From the NCBI GenBank assembly GCA_937941715.1, contig CALDGX010000049.1:9949-73948 (forward strand): a stretch of 64,000 nucleotides of DNA. Reading direction: 5' to 3'. Within the stretch, counting starts at the first letter, position 1, and each line of letters starts with the position of its first letter. Source of the DNA: an uncultured Chloracidobacterium sp. (GTDB taxonomy: Bacteria > Acidobacteriota > Blastocatellia > Pyrinomonadales > Pyrinomonadaceae). Positions 1 to 8,787 of this stretch are shown piece by piece. The translations under genes were made by a program, and so were the position numbers. Below the pieces are notes generated by a model, which saw nothing but the letters and a program-made list of their open reading frames with translations, made no database searches and was not told the DNA's origin.

Positions 1-1610
1 CGTTACCTCCGGCAGGCAGCCCGAATTACCTGGTTGGCACGATGGACAATGATATCGGCGCCGCATCTGATTCGCTGATGCTGTACAAGTATCATGTCGA
101 TTGGGTGAATACTGTCAATTCGACGCTGACGGGCCCGACGCTGATACCGATAGCCCCATTTGATACGGTATTTCCGTGTTCAGGCGGTTCGACGCCGTCC
201 CGAAATTGCATTCCGCAGCCTGGTACCACCACCAAGATCGATATCTTGTCCTATCGGCAGCGTCCCACATTCAGATTGGCTTATCGGAATTTTGGTACTC
301 ATGAATCGCTTGTGACGAGCCAGTCGGTCGAGGCAAGCACGGGAATCGCGGGTATGCGGTGGTGGGAAGTTCGGAGCCCTAATTCAACGCCGACACTCTA
401 TCAGGAAGGTACGTTTGGACCGGGAGCGACCGACGGCATCCATCGCTGGATGGGCAGCATTGCAATGGATCGGCTCGGAAACATGGGCCTCGGTTACAGT
501 GTCTCTGATGCGACAAGCGTGTTTCCCGGCATCCGCTACACCGGACGCCTCTCGAGTGACCCGCTGGGTCAAATGCCGCAGGGCGAGGGAACGATCATCA
601 ACGGCGGTGGTTCGCAAACGAGCACCGCAAGCCGCTGGGGCGATTACACCTCAATGAGCGTCGACCCGCTGGATGACTGTACGTTCTGGTACACCAACGA
701 ATACTACGCAACCACATCAACGACCGGCTATGCCACCCGGATCGCGTCGTTCAAGTTCCCCAACTGCGCCGCCCCGACCGCCCAGAGCCCGGCTGACTTT
801 GACGGCGACGGCAAGACCGACCTGTCGATCTACCGGCCTGTTCCGGGCGAATGGTGGTGGCAGCGGAGCAGCAACGGTGGTAACAGTGCGGCCCAATTCG
901 GCACCTCGACCGACCGCATTACACCCGGCGATTACACCGGCGACGGTAAGACCGATCTGGCGTTCTTCCGGCCCGCGACCGGATTTTGGTACATATTACG
1001 GAGTGAGGATTTCTCGTTCTACGCTTTTCCGTTCGGAACGAACGGCGACACTCCGGCTCCCGCTGATTTTGATGGAGATGACAAGACCGACGCCGCGATC
1101 TTCAGGCCGTCAAATTCGACATGGTATATCAATAAGTCCTCGGGCGGCACCACGATCACGACGTTCGGCGCGGCCGGCGACCTGCCGGTTGCGGCCGATT
1201 ACGACGGCGACGGCAAGTCCGACGTAGCCATTTATCGGCCGAGTCTCGGCCAGTGGTGGATCGATCGGAGCACAGCCGGCTTGATCGCCTTTGCATTCGG
1301 CGGTATCAGTGATCGGGCCGCGTCCGGCGACTACACCGGCGACGGCAAGGCGGACGTAGCATTTTGGCGGCCTTCATCCGGCGAGTGGTTTGTTCTGAGA
1401 AGCGAAAATTCGACTTTCTACTCGTTCCCATTCGGCACGGTCACCGATATTCCGGTGCCGGGTGATTATGACGGTGACGGCAAGCAGGATGCGGGTGTCT
1501 TTCGTCCGTCAAATTCGACTTGGTATGTAAATCGTTCTACGGCCGGAACCTTGATCCAACAATTTGGTCAAAACGGCGATCTTCCCGTACCGAACGCCTA
1601 CGTGCGATGA
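1..1610 (+). CDS. Secreted beta-propeller-like protein with C-terminal FG-GAP/VCBS repeat array (5' end outside window)
   Basis: The frame is open from the window edge through ATG 42. The N-part carries RWGDYTSMSVDP..CTFWYTNEY. The C-part carries six D[FY][DT]GDGK.D...[FY]RP...W repeats. Confidence 0.75.
   Translation, partial: LPPAGSPNYLVGTMDNDIGAASDSLMLYKYHVDWVNTVNSTLTGPTLIPIAPFDTVFPCSGGSTPSRNCIPQPGTTTKIDILSYRQRPTFRLAYRNFGTHESLVTSQSVEASTGIAGMRWWEVRSPNSTPTLYQEGTFGPGATDGIHRWMGSIAMDRLGNMGLGYSVSDATSVFPGIRYTGRLSSDPLGQMPQGEGTIINGGGSQTSTASRWGDYTSMSVDPLDDCTFWYTNEYYATTSTTGYATRIASFKFPNCAAPTAQSPADFDGDGKTDLSIYRPVPGEWWWQRSSNGGNSAAQFGTSTDRITPGDYTGDGKTDLAFFRPATGFWYILRSEDFSFYAFPFGTNGDTPAPADFDGDDKTDAAIFRPSNSTWYINKSSGGTTITTFGAAGDLPVAADYDGDGKSDVAIYRPSLGQWWIDRSTAGLIAFAFGGISDRAASGDYTGDGKADVAFWRPSSGEWFVLRSENSTFYSFPFGTVTDIPVPGDYDGDGKQDAGVFRPSNSTWYVNRSTAGTLIQQFGQNGDLPVPNAYVR
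792..1607 (+). repeat. Tandem FG-GAP/VCBS-type protein repeats (about 40-47 aa each, six copies plus a partial one)
   Basis: The motif recurs as ADFDGDGKTD, GDYTGDGKTD, ADFDGDDKTD, ADYDGDGKSD, GDYTGDGKAD and GDYDGDGKQD, each followed by [IFV][YFW]RP and a W[YWF] strand. Confidence 0.8.
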
Positions 1611-1662
1611 TCACTCCAACGGCGATCTGCGGTCTAATGCCGTACGAGAGTCGGTAGAGTAT

Positions 1663-1696
1663 GGCCGGTGGTTAAGAGCCGCCGGCCTATTTTTTC
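1663..1696 (+). terminator. Rho-independent terminator after the FG-GAP gene
   Basis: A 9-bp stem (ggccggtgg / ccgccggcc, one G-U pair) with a 7-nt loop is followed by tatttttt. Confidence 0.6.
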
Positions 1697-1798
1697 GGCA
1701 AACTGACTGCGGCAATTATCGACCGATCCGGCCTAAATCGCAGGCACCTCAGCCGCTCGTTTGCGATCCACAATACTTTATTACCTTGGCCCGAGCGC

Positions 1799-1828
1799 AA
1801 AAAGGCGGCCGGTGTACGAACCGGCCGC
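1799..1828 (-). terminator. Rho-independent terminator for the lytic transglycosylase gene
   Basis: The stem is gcggccggt / accggccgc. The plus strand has an A-run (aaaaa) before it, which gives a T-tract on the minus strand. Confidence 0.5.
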
Positions 1829-1917
1829 ATGTCTCAATGGACTAGTGGAGAAGAGACTAACTCGGTGGGAAGTGTTTTTGGGGTCAACACGCGAGGCTGG
1901 CATGTCGGCCCCAAATC

Positions 1918-2775
1918 TTATTGATTCACCAACCTCATTCGGCCGTCAGCCAGACGAATGGCGATCGCGTTCGGTTCGTAAACCGCCAGCGGACGCGCTT
2001 CCTTCTTTTCAAGCTTTACTGCCGTCGCGTCATTGACCCGCTTTGCGGTGCGGATGTACGACGGATTGGTTATCGAACTATATCGTGCGGAGATTCGCCG
2101 CACGTACTCACGCGTTTCGGCGTATGGCGGTATCGAATATCCATATTTCATGACTGCACCCTCTCCGGCGTTGTACCCGGCGAGTGCCAGACTGACGTCC
2201 TGCCCAAACATATTGAGCAGCATCCGCATATATTTCACGCCGCCCTCGATGTTTTGCTTCGGGTCATAAATATTTGTAACGCCGAGCCGGCGTGCTGTGG
2301 CCGGCATCAATTGCATCAGGCCGCTCGCACCCTTGTACGAAGTTGCGCGTAGCTTAAATGAAGACTCCTGATGCATCTGCGCGTAGATCAGGAGCGGGTC
2401 AATATTGTATCGGCGGCTCGAATCGACAATATACGCATCTATTACCGGGTCGCCGGTCGTAAATCCTTTCATGCTCGATCCGGCGGCCATTATCAGGCGT
2501 GTAACCTCGGCGGAACGTTGGGATTCACGCTGTGCAAGGCCATCGCTCGCGTTCATTCGCGATCTGCCTGCGACCACGACCTGAGCGGTCTTTTGTGTAA
2601 GCTTCTTGCTTTTCGAAGCTTGTTTAGCGATCGGCACACTGACTGGCGGGGCCGGACGGTAAACTTGTACACCCTTGGCAGTGTCAAAATTATCAAAAAA
2701 TCGGGGACGCTGTTGCGCAAATGCGGAGACGCTTAAGAGTAGGATTGCGACTAAGATCAGGTGAGACTTTTTCAT
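1918..2775 (-). CDS. Lytic transglycosylase (SLT domain), secreted
   Basis: Motifs are QESSF (catalytic Glu), GLMQLMPATA and AGYNAGEGAV. The signal peptide MKKSHLILVAILLLSVSAFAQ begins at ATG 2775, and the track start at 2829 is a TTG extension. Confidence 0.85.
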   Translation of the reverse strand: MKKSHLILVAILLLSVSAFAQQRPRFFDNFDTAKGVQVYRPAPPVSVPIAKQASKSKKLTQKTAQVVVAGRSRMNASDGLAQRESQRSAEVTRLIMAAGSSMKGFTTGDPVIDAYIVDSSRRYNIDPLLIYAQMHQESSFKLRATSYKGASGLMQLMPATARRLGVTNIYDPKQNIEGGVKYMRMLLNMFGQDVSLALAGYNAGEGAVMKYGYSIPPYAETREYVRRISARYSSITNPSYIRTAKRVNDATAVKLEKKEARPLAVYEPNAIAIRLADGRMRLVNQ

Positions 2776-2997
2776 TTTGGTTGGTGTGTTTGAGGCAGAG
2801 AGTGTGAGCATGCCTGAACGGCGTTTCAACTCTCCATTTAATATAAAGAACTAAGTTCAGTCGGTTTCCACATTTTTGAAACAAATTCAACGTTGTTGAG
2901 CATACGATCTTCAACAACGAGTGAATTTATGAGTTACTCGGGCCTCGCAGGTAGTTTTTGGTTTCTACCTGTGGCAAAGTTGGGCTATCGTTTACCT

Positions 2998-4245
2998 ATG
3001 CTGTACGTGTCGCAGATCATCAATCGCCCGATCTTTGATGCCCGCAATGAGAAGATCGCGGTCATCAAAGATGTGATCGTGCGATACGGCCGTGAAGACT
3101 ATCCGCCGGTGATAGGATTGGTCGCCAGGTATCGACGCCGCAATTTCTTTATGCCACGACGTGATATTTCCGAGCTTGGGCTTGGTGGGGCACAAATGCG
3201 GTCTTCGATTCTCGACCTCAATCCTTTTGTGCGGCGCGACGGTGAAGTGCTGCTGCGCAAAGATGTCCTCGACAACCAGCTTATCGACGTCGACGGCAAA
3301 CGAGTGGTTCGGGTAAATGACGTGCAGATAATCCAGGCCGGTTCGATGTGGCGAGTGTCGGGAGCCGATGTCAGTCTCCAGGGCTTCGTCCGCCGTTTGA
3401 TGCCAAAAGGATTTTATGGCAGCGATCGTCCCGTCGAAGTCATCGATTGGGCGGACGTGGGTTACCTTGCGACCGACACGGCGACCGTGACCGTTCAGCT
3501 TAAATCATCGAAGGATAAGCTGTCACGGCTCCATCCGGTCGAGATCGCCCAGTTGGCCGAAACACTTTCGCCGATCCATCGCACGGAGGTCGTCGAGAGC
3601 CTGGATGATGAGATCGCCGCTGACACGCTCGAGGAAATGTCGACTGAGGCTCAAGCCAGGATCCTCGAAGATATGGACGAAGAGAGGGCGGCCGATATCC
3701 TCGAGGAGATGTCGCCCGATGACGCTGTCGATGTTCTTGACGAAATGGATGATGAAAAGGCTCAGGAACTCTTCGACCTGATGGAGGATGACGAAAAGGC
3801 CGATGTCGCCGAGCTGATGCATTTTGACCACGACACTGCCGGTGGATTGATGACGACCGAATTTGTGGTGTTTCCGAAAAAGTACACCGTCGGCGAGACG
3901 ATCCGTTCGCTCCGAGAGATGGCCGAGACGCCGAATATGATCTACTACCTCTATGTGGTCGAGGAAGAGGGGTCGTGGAAACTCTCGGGCCTGATCTCAC
4001 TGAGATCATTGATCCTCGCCGACCCGACTTTCACGCTCGAGGACGTCATGCGAAGCGAATTTCGCTACGCCCATCCGTCGGATTCAGCCGCTGATGTCGC
4101 TCAAACGATCTCTGAGTACAATTTGCTTGCGTTGCCGGTGGTTGACGACGAAGGAGATATTGCCGGCATCGTCACCGTTGACGATGCAATGGAGATCCTG
4201 TTGCCGAAGAACTTTCAGCGGCGGCTTCCTCGGCTCTTCGGATAG
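2998..4245 (+). CDS. Soluble PRC-barrel + MgtE N-terminal domain + CBS-pair protein (no MgtE membrane domain)
   Basis: The N-terminus is PRC-barrel-like (VSQIINRPIFDARNEKIAVIKDVIV). It is followed by acidic MgtE_N helices (LEEMS.., ILEDMDEE, VLDEMDDEKA) and then two CBS motifs. The ORF ends without TM segments. The start is ambiguous between TTG 2893, ATG 2929 and ATG 2998. Confidence 0.75.
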   Translation: MLYVSQIINRPIFDARNEKIAVIKDVIVRYGREDYPPVIGLVARYRRRNFFMPRRDISELGLGGAQMRSSILDLNPFVRRDGEVLLRKDVLDNQLIDVDGKRVVRVNDVQIIQAGSMWRVSGADVSLQGFVRRLMPKGFYGSDRPVEVIDWADVGYLATDTATVTVQLKSSKDKLSRLHPVEIAQLAETLSPIHRTEVVESLDDEIAADTLEEMSTEAQARILEDMDEERAADILEEMSPDDAVDVLDEMDDEKAQELFDLMEDDEKADVAELMHFDHDTAGGLMTTEFVVFPKKYTVGETIRSLREMAETPNMIYYLYVVEEEGSWKLSGLISLRSLILADPTFTLEDVMRSEFRYAHPSDSAADVAQTISEYNLLALPVVDDEGDIAGIVTVDDAMEILLPKNFQRRLPRLFG

Positions 4246-4339
4246 ATCGGCCGGGAAATGAGTCAGCGGATCTCCCGACGCGGTATATTTTAGAACCTGT
4301 CCGATCCCGGCCGGTGCTGCGATCGCATTACCTTTCAAA

Positions 4340-7300
4340 ATGGGAGTCCAAATTGTGTTTAATATGCGTCTATTGTGCTTACTGCTCTGCAGCTTTATTC
4401 TGACCAGCTCGGTCCTCGTTGCCCAGACCACGAGTGTCCCTGTCACACCAACGGCAACCCCCGTACCGGCCCCAACGCCGACACCGACGCCCGACCCGAT
4501 GGCGTCAGGCGTATTTTCGGGCCTGCGATTTAGATCGATCGGTCCGGCGGTAACATCGGGACGAGTGATCGCATTTGCCGTTGATCCCAATGATCGAACG
4601 AAATACTACGTCGCGATAGCATCAGGCGGCGTTTGGAAGACGGTCAACGCAGGCACGACCTGGACGCCGGTTTTCGAGAATGAAGGCGCGTTTTCGATCG
4701 GAGCGGTCGCACTTGACCCAAAAAATCCTTCAACCGTCTGGGTCGGGACCGGCGAACGCAATAGCCAACGCAGCGTCGGATATGGAGACGGCGTATATCG
4801 TTCTGACGACGGCGGTAAGAGCTGGCGCAATGTCGGCCTTAAGACGTCCGAACATATCGGGCGTATCGCCATCGATCCTCGCGACAGCAATGTTGTATTC
4901 GTGGCGGCACAGGGGCCGCTCTGGTCGGCCGGCGGCGAACGAGGCCTTTATAAAACGACCGACGGCGGCAAGACCTGGAAAGCCGTTATCTCGATCAGCG
5001 AAAACACCGGCGTCTCGGACGTCGTTATCGACCCGGCCGATCCGGACACTATGTATGCCGCTACATGGCAGCGGCGTCGACATTTCTACACGCTCATAAA
5101 CGGCGGGCCCGAGAGCGCGATCCACAAATCCACAGACGGCGGCAATACGTGGACAAAATTGCGTTCCGGTTTGCCGCCGGGCGACCTCGGCCGCATCGGC
5201 CTTTCGATCTCGCCGGCAAATACAAATGTGGTTTACGCCACGGTCGAAGCGAGCGGTAATCTTAGCGGCATTTTTCGTTCGAACGACCGCGGAGCGACAT
5301 GGGAACGTACGAGCCCGAGTATCGCCCAGGGTATGTATTACGGTCAGATAGTCGCCGATCCTAAGAATGTTGACCGCATCTACATCCCGAACGTGGTCTT
5401 TCAGGTCTCAGACGATGCCGGACGGACTCAGCGGGCGTTGGGCGAACGTCTGAAACACGTGGATAATCACGCCATCTGGGTTGACCCGAACAATACTGAC
5501 TATCTTCTGGTCGGATGCGATGGCGGCGTCTATGAGAGCTTTGATCGCGGTTCGAATTGGAATTTCAAGGCCAATCTGCCCGTTGGCCAGTTTTACGACG
5601 TTACAACGGATAACGCCGTCCCCTTCTACCACGTTTACGGCGGCCTGCAGGACAACAGTTCGATCGGCGGTCCGGCACGCACGCGCAACTCGGCAGGTAT
5701 TCTCAATTCTGACTGGTACACGACCAACGGCGGCGACGGTTTTACGTCGCGGATAGATCCGCTCGATTCGAACATCGTTTATGCCGAAAGTCAGAACGGC
5801 GGCCTTGTGCGATTTGACAAGCGGACCGGCGAACGCGTGAGCATCGCCCCGATCGAGGGCAAAGACATCGAATCGCAACGTTACAACTGGGATTCGCCGC
5901 TTATCATTAGCCCGCATTCAAACACTCGTCTCTATTTTGCCGGCCACAAGCTATTCAAGAGCGATAATCGCGGCGACGATTGGAAAGTCATCAGCGGCGA
6001 CCTTTCCCGCGGCCTCGACCGCAACGCCCTGCCGGTCATGGGCAAGGTCTGGGGACCTGACGCGGTGGCCAAGAATCAGTCGACTGCACTTTACGGCAAC
6101 GCATCAGCATTGTCCGAATCGCCGAAAAAGCAGGGCCTTTTGTACATCGGCACTGACGACGGACTGATCCAGATCACGGAAAATGACGGACAGAGCTGGC
6201 GTAAGGTCGATAAGATCGCGGGCGTGCCGGAAAACAGTTATGTTCATCGCGTACTCGCGTCGCAGCATGATGCCGGTACAGTGTACGCACTGTTCAACAA
6301 CCATCAGAACGGTGATTTCAAGCCTTATCCGATGAAGAGCACTGACACCGGGCGGACATGGACCTCGATCAAGGGCAATTTGCCCGAGCGCGGTTCGGTT
6401 TATGCGATCGCCGAGGATCACGTCAACCCGAACCTTTTGTTCATCGGAACCGAGTTCGGGATCTACTTCACCGTTGACGGCGGGGCGAAATGGGTACAGA
6501 TGAAGAGCGGCCTGCCGACGATCGCGGTGCGCGATATCGCCGTCCAAAAGACCGAGAACGACCTCGTGCTTGGCACATTTGGACGCGGCATTTACATCCT
6601 CGACGATTATTCGCTGTTGCGACAGGTCGATCGGGCAATGATCGACAAAGGTTCGGTGATGTTTCCGGTCAAGGACGCATTGATGTACAACCGCTCGAAT
6701 TCTTCGTTCGCCGGTTCGCAGGGTGCGTCATTTTATACGGCTCCTAACCCTGCGTACGGAGCGTCGATCACATATTTTCTCAAAGAATCGCCAAAGACGC
6801 TTAAGCAAAAACGGCAAGAGGCGGAACGCGAAGCTGAGAGAAAGAAAACTGCGTTTCGTTACCCGACCATTGCTGAGCTCCGGGCCGAAGCTGAAGAAGA
6901 GGCCCCATCAATCATTTTTACCATCACCGATGCCGAGGGCTCGGTCGTTCGGCGGATCACAGCTCCTGCCGGTCAGGGCGTTCAGCGTGTCGTATGGGAT
7001 ATGCGCTACACGGCGCCGTCGATATCCGCTGCTCCGCCCCAAGGTGCCGGCGGCCCGCCCGATGGAGGCGGAGGCGGATTTGGCCAGGGCCCGCAAGGAC
7101 AGTTCGTGATGCCCGGAAAATACAGCGTTTCGATGGCGACGCGAGTGAATGGCGTAGTTACAGCGATGCCTGGCTCTCAGAGTTTCAACGTTGTGGTCGA
7201 GGGCAAGGAGAAGATGACCGATGCCGAACGTACGCTTCTTGCTGAATTCCAGCGAAAGGTCGCGAAATTACAGCGAGCGGTCGGTGGAGCGGTAGAGGTC

Positions 7301-7681
7301 TCGGGTGGTGCCAAGAGTCGAATTGGCTTGCTCAAGCGTGCCGCGATGGAAGCCATGACCGATAACAAGAAATTAATGGATCAGGCCGAGGCGTTTGACA
7401 ATGAGATAGATCAGCTGATCAACGAACTTCGTGGCGGTCGAGAGAATTCCGACATTCCTCCGCCGTCGATCGCCTCAAGGATCGGTAATGTCGCGGGTAC
7501 GATCCGGCTTTCCACCATCAAGCCGACTCAGACCCAGTTGGATCAGTATGAACTGTCGAATGCCGAATTTGCCCCGGTGCTGGCAAGGCTTCGAACGTTG
7601 GTCGAGATCGATCTGCCTAAATTTGAAAAGGCGCTCGAGGCGGCCGGCGCACCGTTAACTCCGGGACGACTGCCGCAATAG
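4340..7681 (+). CDS. Large secreted BNR/Asp-box (sortilin/VPS10-like) repeat protein
   Basis: It has a signal peptide and a Pro/Thr linker (TPTATPVPAPTPTPTPDP). Asp-box repeats are present: SGGVWKTVNAGTTW, SDDGGKSWRNV, TTDGGKTWKAV, STDGGNTWTKL, SNDRGATWE, ENDGQSWRKV, STDTGRTWTSI and VDGGAKWV. ATG 4364 is an alternative start. Confidence 0.85.
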   Translation: MGVQIVFNMRLLCLLLCSFILTSSVLVAQTTSVPVTPTATPVPAPTPTPTPDPMASGVFSGLRFRSIGPAVTSGRVIAFAVDPNDRTKYYVAIASGGVWKTVNAGTTWTPVFENEGAFSIGAVALDPKNPSTVWVGTGERNSQRSVGYGDGVYRSDDGGKSWRNVGLKTSEHIGRIAIDPRDSNVVFVAAQGPLWSAGGERGLYKTTDGGKTWKAVISISENTGVSDVVIDPADPDTMYAATWQRRRHFYTLINGGPESAIHKSTDGGNTWTKLRSGLPPGDLGRIGLSISPANTNVVYATVEASGNLSGIFRSNDRGATWERTSPSIAQGMYYGQIVADPKNVDRIYIPNVVFQVSDDAGRTQRALGERLKHVDNHAIWVDPNNTDYLLVGCDGGVYESFDRGSNWNFKANLPVGQFYDVTTDNAVPFYHVYGGLQDNSSIGGPARTRNSAGILNSDWYTTNGGDGFTSRIDPLDSNIVYAESQNGGLVRFDKRTGERVSIAPIEGKDIESQRYNWDSPLIISPHSNTRLYFAGHKLFKSDNRGDDWKVISGDLSRGLDRNALPVMGKVWGPDAVAKNQSTALYGNASALSESPKKQGLLYIGTDDGLIQITENDGQSWRKVDKIAGVPENSYVHRVLASQHDAGTVYALFNNHQNGDFKPYPMKSTDTGRTWTSIKGNLPERGSVYAIAEDHVNPNLLFIGTEFGIYFTVDGGAKWVQMKSGLPTIAVRDIAVQKTENDLVLGTFGRGIYILDDYSLLRQVDRAMIDKGSVMFPVKDALMYNRSNSSFAGSQGASFYTAPNPAYGASITYFLKESPKTLKQKRQEAEREAERKKTAFRYPTIAELRAEAEEEAPSIIFTITDAEGSVVRRITAPAGQGVQRVVWDMRYTAPSISAAPPQGAGGPPDGGGGGFGQGPQGQFVMPGKYSVSMATRVNGVVTAMPGSQSFNVVVEGKEKMTDAERTLLAEFQRKVAKLQRAVGGAVEVSGGAKSRIGLLKRAAMEAMTDNKKLMDQAEAFDNEIDQLINELRGGRENSDIPPPSIASRIGNVAGTIRLSTIKPTQTQLDQYELSNAEFAPVLARLRTLVEIDLPKFEKALEAAGAPLTPGRLPQ

Positions 7682-7703
7682 CGGCCGCCTTCTCCGCGCA
7701 TTT

Positions 7704-7749
7704 CGGCCCTGACGTATATCGACGTAATTTACGATATCTGTCAGGGCCG
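7704..7749. terminator. Long hairpin between convergent genes (possible bidirectional terminator)
   Basis: The outer stem is 10 bp (cggccctgac / gtcagggccg) with an inner atatcg / cgatat stem. There is no strong T-tract. Confidence 0.35.
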
Positions 7750-7773
7750 AACCATTTCCCTTACCGATCACTA

Positions 7774-8226
7774 TCACACACCGAATTGTTTCAAGTGGTG
7801 GTCGGTGTGTTTGTACATCAACACGGCCCACTGTTCAGCCGTCAATTTTCCAAACATCGGATGGTTAAGACATTCGTGGTCGGAGGGCAGAGCTCCAACG
7901 CGAGAAAGCAGTCCGACCAGAGTTTCCTTGTCCGCCGCGGTACCTTGCGGGGTCCTTCCCTTTTTTTGCTGGTCGAACTCGGCCGTTACCTTGACTTCCT
8001 TTGGCATCGGCAGGACATACAGCACGAGCGGCTTGACTATCGTCCGAAGGGCGAACGTACTGCGTTCCGGCACGCTGGCCACAAACGGCAATTCGCTCGC
8101 CTGCACCAGATGAGACAGCATCTGGTCACACGTCATCTTTCCCCAAAGCGGTGTTTCATCACCCGACAACTTATTGATCCGCCCCACGAGATTATCCCGG
8201 TCGTCCTCATTTCTTATCGAACGCAT
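7774..8226 (-). CDS. DUF1569 / DinB-like four-helix-bundle protein
   Basis: The C-terminus NHPMFGKLTAEQWAVLMYKHTDHHLKQFGV is typical of DUF1569. The ATG is at 8226, and the track start at 8238 is GTG. Confidence 0.7.
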   Translation of the reverse strand: MRSIRNEDDRDNLVGRINKLSGDETPLWGKMTCDQMLSHLVQASELPFVASVPERSTFALRTIVKPLVLYVLPMPKEVKVTAEFDQQKKGRTPQGTAADKETLVGLLSRVGALPSDHECLNHPMFGKLTAEQWAVLMYKHTDHHLKQFGV

Positions 8227-8254
8227 ATTTCGTCTCACTCCAAAGCTTATTGGC

Positions 8255-8776
8255 TCAGAAAAGCGTCTTACATGACGAAGTTCGGTCGAGCCAACCGATC
8301 AGATTCGACCGTTCGAGACGCAGCAGATCCGTTTGCAGCCCCATAAAACCCGAAATATTACAGGCATCTCCTTCGGGGATGCAGATATCTCCGCACGCTT
8401 TAGTGCCTCGGGCGCATCCGGCACCCATACGCAGCGGGCTGTCATTGGGCGGCGGTTCCTCCCTAAAGTTGTTGACGTTTACCAGCCTCACGCAGCCGTG
8501 GTTCGATGCGAACCCGACAATTTGATCGTAGTCGCCTTTGTCATTCGCCCAGCCCTGAAACCTCACGGCCGCATATACCGAAACGACATTGATATGCGTC
8601 ATTTGAGAAGCAAGGCCTTTATCGCTTTTGATCTTGCCGTAAATGTCCGCAACTATCTGAGCATCGGTTACCTTTTCACACTGCGCGAATGCCGTATTGA
8701 CGGCTGCGAATGCCATGAGGATAACCGCCGCACAAACGATCGGGCCGGAAAAAGCGCCAATTTTTTTCGAAATCAT
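8255..8776 (-). CDS. Secreted BON-domain protein with Cys-rich C-terminal tail
   Basis: It has a signal peptide (..AAVNTAFAQ) and a BON-like segment (DAQIVADIYGKIKSDKGLASQMTHINVVSVYAAVRFQGW). The tail is GCARGTKACGDICIPEGDACN. The ATG at 8776 is preceded by GAGAGGAGA. The kinase stop codon lies 12 nt upstream. Confidence 0.65.
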   Translation of the reverse strand: MISKKIGAFSGPIVCAAVILMAFAAVNTAFAQCEKVTDAQIVADIYGKIKSDKGLASQMTHINVVSVYAAVRFQGWANDKGDYDQIVGFASNHGCVRLVNVNNFREEPPPNDSPLRMGAGCARGTKACGDICIPEGDACNISGFMGLQTDLLRLERSNLIGWLDRTSSCKTLF

Positions 8777-8787
8777 TTTTTCTCCTC

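Noticed and set aside
4084-4590. A 168-aa minus-strand ORF with a GVGVGVGAGTGVAVGV stretch.
   Set aside because: It is the mirror image of the Pro/Thr linker (TPVPAPTPTPTP) of the BNR protein and overlaps two well-supported plus-strand genes.
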